A stretch of 15,557 nucleotides of DNA from Octopus sinensis (Eukaryota). Of this stretch, positions 10,820-15,557 are shown piece by piece (position 1 is the first letter of the stretch; each line of letters starts with the position of its first letter). The notes under the pieces are model-generated. The model was not told where the DNA came from, did no database searches, and saw only the letters and a program-made list of their open reading frames with translations. Position numbers and translations under genes: made by a program. Location of the stretch: NCBI RefSeq assembly GCF_006345805.1, contig NW_021825433.1, forward strand, positions 1-15,557, read 5' to 3'.

Positions 10820-10987
10820 ACACACACGCGCGCGCCCATACGCACGTGTGTATATATACATATATATATACACATACATATATATATATATGCATAATAA
10901 TACATACATACATACATACACACAGACAGATAGACAGCGGCGCACACAAGCATACATAGGTATATATATATATATATATATATATAT
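10820..10987. repeat. Compound (CA)/(TA)/(CATA) microsatellite
   Basis: Directly visible. Confidence 0.9.
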
Positions 10988-11195
10988 TCTTTCCTTTTTT
11001 ATTGTTTTTTGATTGCGGCCATGCTGGAGCACCGCCTTCAGTCGAGCAAATTGATCCCAAGATTTATTCTTTGTAAGCCTAGTATTTATTCTATCGGTCC
11101 CTTTTGCCGAACCGCTACGTTGAGGGGGCATAAACACACCAGCATTTTAGCGGGGGAACAAACACAAGCTCACAGACATGAACACACATACACAC

Positions 11196-11252
<57 letters not shown>

Positions 11253-11452
11253 TATAGATAGATAGATAGATAGATAGATAGACAGATAGATAGATAGATA
11301 GATGGATAGATAGATACACGACGGGCTTCTTTAAGTTTCCGTCTACAAATCCACTCACGAGGCTTTGCTCGGTCCGAGCCTATAGAAGAAGATACTTGCC
11401 CAAGGTACCACGCAGTGGGACTGAACTCCGAACCTTGTGGTTGGTAAACAAC
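10988..11452 (-). mobile_element. tRNA-derived SINE, family B, with CORE-like block and internal (TATC)n microsatellite; 5' end truncated
   Basis: Minus strand: B-box-like GAGTTCAGTCCC, CCTTGGGCAAGTATCTTC (CORE-like), GAGTGGATTTGTAGACGGAAAC, internal microsatellite at about 11166-11316, then a 3' half ending GGCGGTGCTCCAGCATGGCCGC and an A-rich tail. Both halves recur at 12363 and 13455. Confidence 0.88.
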
Positions 11453-11699
11453 GAAACTTATGGTTGGGTCGAAACGATTGTTGTGAGCAATAAAGATTCT
11501 CGTATATTCCATTTTCTGTCATTAGTTTTAAATAAATAAATAAATAAATATATATATATATATATTACTATTTATTATTTACTGTTTATTGTTTATGTAT
11601 TCTATTGAATTTTAGAATAAGCTTTTATAGTATATGTTGTCTATATGGTGTGAATAACGTCTTTCACTATTGAATTATTTAATAGATGTTTTTCTTTAA

Positions 11700-11906
11700 A
11701 TTTTATATATTATATATATAGTATATGTATATATGTATATATATTATATATATGTATATATATGTATATATATATGTATATATATGTATATATATATGTA
11801 TATGTAGATATGTATATATAATATATGTATATATATGTAGATATATATATATATATGTATATATATGTAATATATATATATATATATATGTTATATATAT
11901 GTATCT

Positions 11907-11964
<58 letters not shown>

Positions 11965-12003
11965 TAATGTATATATATATATATATATATAATATATATG
12001 TAA
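11700..12003. repeat. (TA)n / (TATATG)n microsatellite
   Basis: Directly visible; near-pure (TA)n at about 11918-11960. Confidence 0.96.
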
Positions 12004-12078
12004 TGTGTTCCTGTTACGCAAAAAAGAAAATGGAAACTGGAAACAGATAAAATGAATTCTCTCTATTTGATAAAACAC

Positions 12079-12114
12079 CCACGTCACGTGATAAGTCGCC
12101 CACGCCACGTCATC
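12079..12114. promoter_or_regulatory. Candidate cis-regulatory module: 2x CCACGTCA (UPRE/CRE-like), CLEAR-type E-box, GATA site, EGR site
   Basis: CCACGTCA 12079-12086 and 12105-12112; GTCACGTGAT 12083-12092; GATAAG 12090-12095; CGCCCACGC 12097-12105. Motif matches only. Confidence 0.45.
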
Positions 12115-12362
12115 AAATCCTGTTTGCTGTGAATCCGATCACTTCCCTTGTCTTTCTCTAGTGAGGACATAGAAATGTGCCAGAAGAAATGTGGAGAGCG
12201 ATTACAGTTGCACTAACATATCTAGAACTTCTGCTCACCCAGTAACATTGATAACGTAAGTGCAAGGACACAGCTTTATATGGAGGCGTCGCGTAATGGC
12301 GGTAATAGTTGACTCATGTGATCCGGTGTATTATCAGCTACGAAAGAAATGTAACAAAAGCC

Positions 12363-12510
12363 TGGTATGAATTTTGCTTCGCAACGTCTTGGTTCTGAGT
12401 TCATTCCTTCTACGCGATGCTTGGGAAAGGTGTCCTCTATCATAGCTCTAGGCAGAACACAGATTAGGAGTGGATTTGGTAGACGAAAACTGGAAGAAGC
12501 GCATCGTATA
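12363..12510 (+). mobile_element. SINE family B, 5' half (old copy)
   Basis: GGTTCTGAGTTCATTCC ... CTTGGGAAAGGTGTCCTCT ... GAGTGGATTTGGTAGACGAAAACTGGAAGAAGCGCATCGT aligns to the reverse complement of 11319-11440. Confidence 0.82.
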
Positions 12511-12565
12511 CAATATGTGTTGTCCGTGCGTGTGTGTATTATGTGTGCATATGTGCGTGTGTGTT

Positions 12566-12640
<75 letters not shown>

Positions 12641-12743
12641 GTACCTGGGAGTAAACACATAAATGTGAAACAAAGTGGAAGAAAGAGTACTCAAATACCA
12701 GTAATGGAGTAATATGCTTTATTTAAAGCAGCAGAAATTCAAC

Positions 12744-12791
12744 AAAACCTGTTACTCTGAGTTTCCCGTTGCCGTTCATCGGACAGTTTTT
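12744..12791 (-). ncRNA. Mirror copy of the minimal hammerhead-like motif
   Basis: Same motif on the minus strand, with a perfectly palindromic helix III ACUC(A)GAGU; H17 at 12753. Confidence 0.5.
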
Positions 12792-12796
12792 GCTAG

Positions 12797-12845
12797 AAAA
12801 AACTGTCCGATGAACGGCAACGGGAAACTCAGGGTAACAGGTTTT
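12797..12845 (+). ncRNA. Minimal type I hammerhead-ribozyme-like motif (variant core)
   Basis: CUGU-CCGAUGA-A CG[GCAA]CG G-GAAA-CUCAGGGU-A-ACAG: helix I CUGU/ACAG, self-complementary helix III ACUC(A)GGGU, GUA triplet at 12834-12836. Deviations: U4C and an A.G pair at 10.1-11.1. Confidence 0.5.
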
Positions 12846-12874
12846 GTTGAATTTTCTGCTGCTTTAAATAAAGC

Positions 12875-12910
<36 letters not shown>

Positions 12911-13014
12911 GTCATTATTCAGTTTTATTTCAAGATTTTTTGTGAACAGGGAAAGAGTCAGTTTCTAACCTAGATCCAAGGCTCCATCATTAGAATTTCA
13001 AAATCAAAATGGTA

Positions 13015-13038
13015 GATGTGTATGCATGCACGCATGTA

Positions 13039-13074
<36 letters not shown>

Positions 13075-13112
13075 TGTATGTATGTATGTATATATGTATG
13101 TATGTATGTATG

Positions 13113-13146
<34 letters not shown>

Positions 13147-13174
13147 TGTATGTATGTATGTATGTATGTATGTA
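13015..13174. repeat. (TATG)n microsatellite
   Basis: Directly visible. Confidence 0.97.
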
Positions 13175-13396
13175 CACGAGGGAGGGTGCTGGAAACGTCC
13201 TTGCTTTAAGGTTATCGCGAAAGGCATGGTCGGAGGACCAAGTTTCCGAGTTCTATTAGGGGGTTTAGAAACCTGAAGGATCGCTGCAATAAGCGTATGA
13301 ATCTGAGAGGAGAACGTGTTGAATAAAATCATAATTAACTGATCTGCCTAAATTTTCTTCTTCTCCAAGCCAAGAGGATTTCACTACTCACTTATA
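13175..13396 (+). mobile_element. Degenerate mariner-derived MITE retaining the transposase C-terminal codons
   Basis: Degenerate inverted termini (ACGAGGGAGGGTGCTGGAAACGTCCTTGCTT ... AAGCCAAGAGGATTTTCACTACTCACTTATA). 13261-13326 translates GFRNLKDRCNKRMNLRGERVE*, matching the mariner C-terminal pattern GIxxLxxRWxKCxxxxGxYxE*, with SEFY one frameshift upstream. Lies in a TA-rich microsatellite. Confidence 0.78.
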
Positions 13397-13402
13397 TATG
13401 TA

Positions 13403-13445
<43 letters not shown>

Positions 13446-13454
13446 CTTTGTCGA

Positions 13455-13660
13455 TGTGTTTGTCCCCAGCCACCGCTTGGCAACCCATACTGGTTTGTTT
13501 ACACCCGCACAGTCTAGCGGCACGGCCAAAGAAACCAATAGTATGAATATCAGATTTTGAAAATATAATTACTTGGATCGATGCGTTCCACCAAAAGCCT
13601 TCCCGCTGATGCCCCACCGTGGCCTCAGTCCAATTATTGAAGCAAGTAAACGATAAAATA
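13455..13660 (+). mobile_element. SINE family B, 3' half (old copy)
   Basis: TGTGTTTGTCCCC ... CTGGTTTGTTTAC ... TAGCGGCACGGCCAAAGAAACCAATAG ... GCCCCACCGTGGCCTCAGTCC aligns to the reverse complement of 11014-11167; preceded by (GT)n. Confidence 0.8.
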
Positions 13661-13904
13661 TAGAAAACAAGAGGAAGAAACGAACTCAAGACGTAAAAAC
13701 CTCAATGCAGAAACGTCGTTTTCAAACTCTCTAACGATTGTGCCAACCTGTTGACGGTTCTTGTGGCTTTCTATTGTTAAATATTCGTGTGGTGAACAAT
13801 CCAAGCAGTATCAAGCAGTATCAGACGCGGGGAGATTTTATTGTCTTTTTGTATTTTATTGTATTTTTTTTAATTGAAGATATACACATAAACAGCGATG
13901 TTAC

Positions 13905-14123
13905 GTGTGTATGTGTGTGCGTGAAAGAAAGAGAGAGAGGGGGGAGAATGAATGTATGTGTATGTATATACATGTATATATGTGTGTGCATATATACATA
14001 TATATGTAGAGAGAGTATATATATATATATACATACATATATATATACATATATATATACATACATATATATATGCATATATATATATGAATATATATAC
14101 ATACATATATTTATGCATATATA

Positions 14124-14170
<47 letters not shown>

Positions 14171-14460
14171 ACATACGTAACATATATACAATATATATAT
14201 ATGCGTATATATGAATATGTATACATACATTATATATATATATCTAAATACACAGACACATGTGCGTATGTGTATTTGTGTAAACCCAAAAATATGCATA
14301 TACGCTTATTTATGTTTGTGTGTGTGATTGTGTATATGTATATATATATGTATATATGTATGTGTGTGTGTTCTGGTATATAATGTGTATATATATATAG
14401 ATGCTCGTGTGTCTGTGTATGTATGTAAGTATGTATGCATGTACATACGCACATCAAGTA
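13905..14460. repeat. Compound (GT)/(AG)/(TA)/(CATA) microsatellite
   Basis: Directly visible. Confidence 0.93.
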
Positions 14461-14914
14461 TTAACGTACATATTTACATATACAAGCACAAATCAAATAC
14501 GTACATAGGGAAAAAATAATGCAAAAAAGTCAAGTAAGTGAAAAAAATAACATAAAACTAAAGAAGCAAATGAAAAAGCAAACAAAATGCATTGTTCGCA
14601 TTTGACGATCCTCCAATGAAATCCGCCATTTTAACTACTACTTCGGCTTCAGATTTGGAAAAGGAAACGAAAGGAAAGAGAACATGAATTGCAAAAAAAA
14701 AAACCCCAAAAACCTAGAAAAATGAATAATTAGAGAACACCAAAGAAAAGAAAATATTTAAAAAAAAGGAGATGTGTCGATTTCTTGGCTGTATGTTCAA
14801 TATCTGAGTAAGTATTCGGGTTTGTTGAAAACATCTATAACTAAAATCTCCCACATTGCATTCGTTGGTAACCATTAGAGTAACACAAGAGAATCATTTG
14901 TACACATATCTCTC

Positions 14915-15201
14915 TCTTATATGTATATATATATATTATATATATATATATAATATATATATATATTATATATATTAATATATATAATATATATAGGAAA
15001 TCAACATACAATACAACTACATAAGAATCTCGAAATGGCTGGCATAGACGTTATTTATTTATAAATGTGTGTATAAAAATATATATATATATGTGTGTTT
15101 GTGTGTGGTATAAATATGTTAGATATATATATATATTTATATTTGTGTGTATATTATAATATATATCCATGCATTTAAATATATAGAGACAAATATGCAT
15201 G

Positions 15202-15254
<53 letters not shown>

Positions 15255-15400
15255 TAATATATATATTCATAATATACTTACAAAAACACACACATTTATA
15301 AATACATAGGTAGATATTTTCAACAAGTATACTTACACATATGTAAATATGTATATGTATGTGTATGTATACATTTCTGTATTTATATACATACATACAT
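14915..15400. repeat. Interrupted (TA)n-rich low-complexity tract
   Basis: Directly visible. Confidence 0.85.
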
Positions 15401-15557
15401 AGCGAATTTCTCCGTCTCTGTTCTATGTGGGCGTTTCTTATATTCTACTAATTATCTGGATCGAAGGAACTATACTGTAATTAGAACGAGCACCACAATA
15501 TGCTGGCGCCCACACGCGCAAAAAATATTTTCATTTCTAGATACATGTCCATATCTA

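Larger units (their letters stand above)
12645..12878. mobile_element. Palindromic non-autonomous element in (TA)n, probably Penelope-like-derived; right arm appears truncated
   Basis: Inverted arms 12712-12794 and 12795-12878 centred on CTAG, with 2 mismatches and 1 indel. About 67 nt of extra unique sequence on the left (12645-12711); (TA)n on both flanks. The palindrome is certain; the family is inferred. Confidence 0.7.

Noticed and set aside
14556-14632. YY1 motif CCGCCATTTT (14623-14632) / minus-strand AAAATGGCG start giving MADFIGGSSNANNAFCLLFHLLL*
   Set aside because: A 23-codon ORF with no usable donor; a single motif in A-rich sequence is not enough to call a promoter or first exon.
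23-15396. The many 60-280 aa ORFs in the track
   Set aside because: Nearly all are translations of di-, tri- or tetranucleotide repeats (YI, MYV, IYLS, poly-T/V/P/G) or of SINEs; none has a recognisable domain.

Overview
Non-coding, AT-rich eukaryotic DNA, roughly half simple repeats. The microsatellite load and the SINE families suggest an octopod cephalopod (Octopus-like) genome; this comes from my recognition of the repeats, not from a search. I can support no protein-coding gene: almost all ORFs in the track are translated microsatellites. Between the tracts lie several tRNA-derived SINEs (about four families, labelled A-D here), a degenerate mariner-derived MITE, a 25-nt SINE tail with a 17-nt target-site duplication, a dense transcription-factor motif cluster (12079-12114) and a few non-coding exon candidates. 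The most notable object is a 167-bp near-perfect, loopless palindrome (12712-12878) sitting in (TA)n. Each arm reads outward as a minimal type I hammerhead-ribozyme-like motif followed by AATAAA, as in Penelope-like retroelements. It lies in a nested stack of insertions inside the internal microsatellite of an old SINE. Three more degenerate hammerhead-like relics lie nearby. Ribozyme activity and family names are untested.
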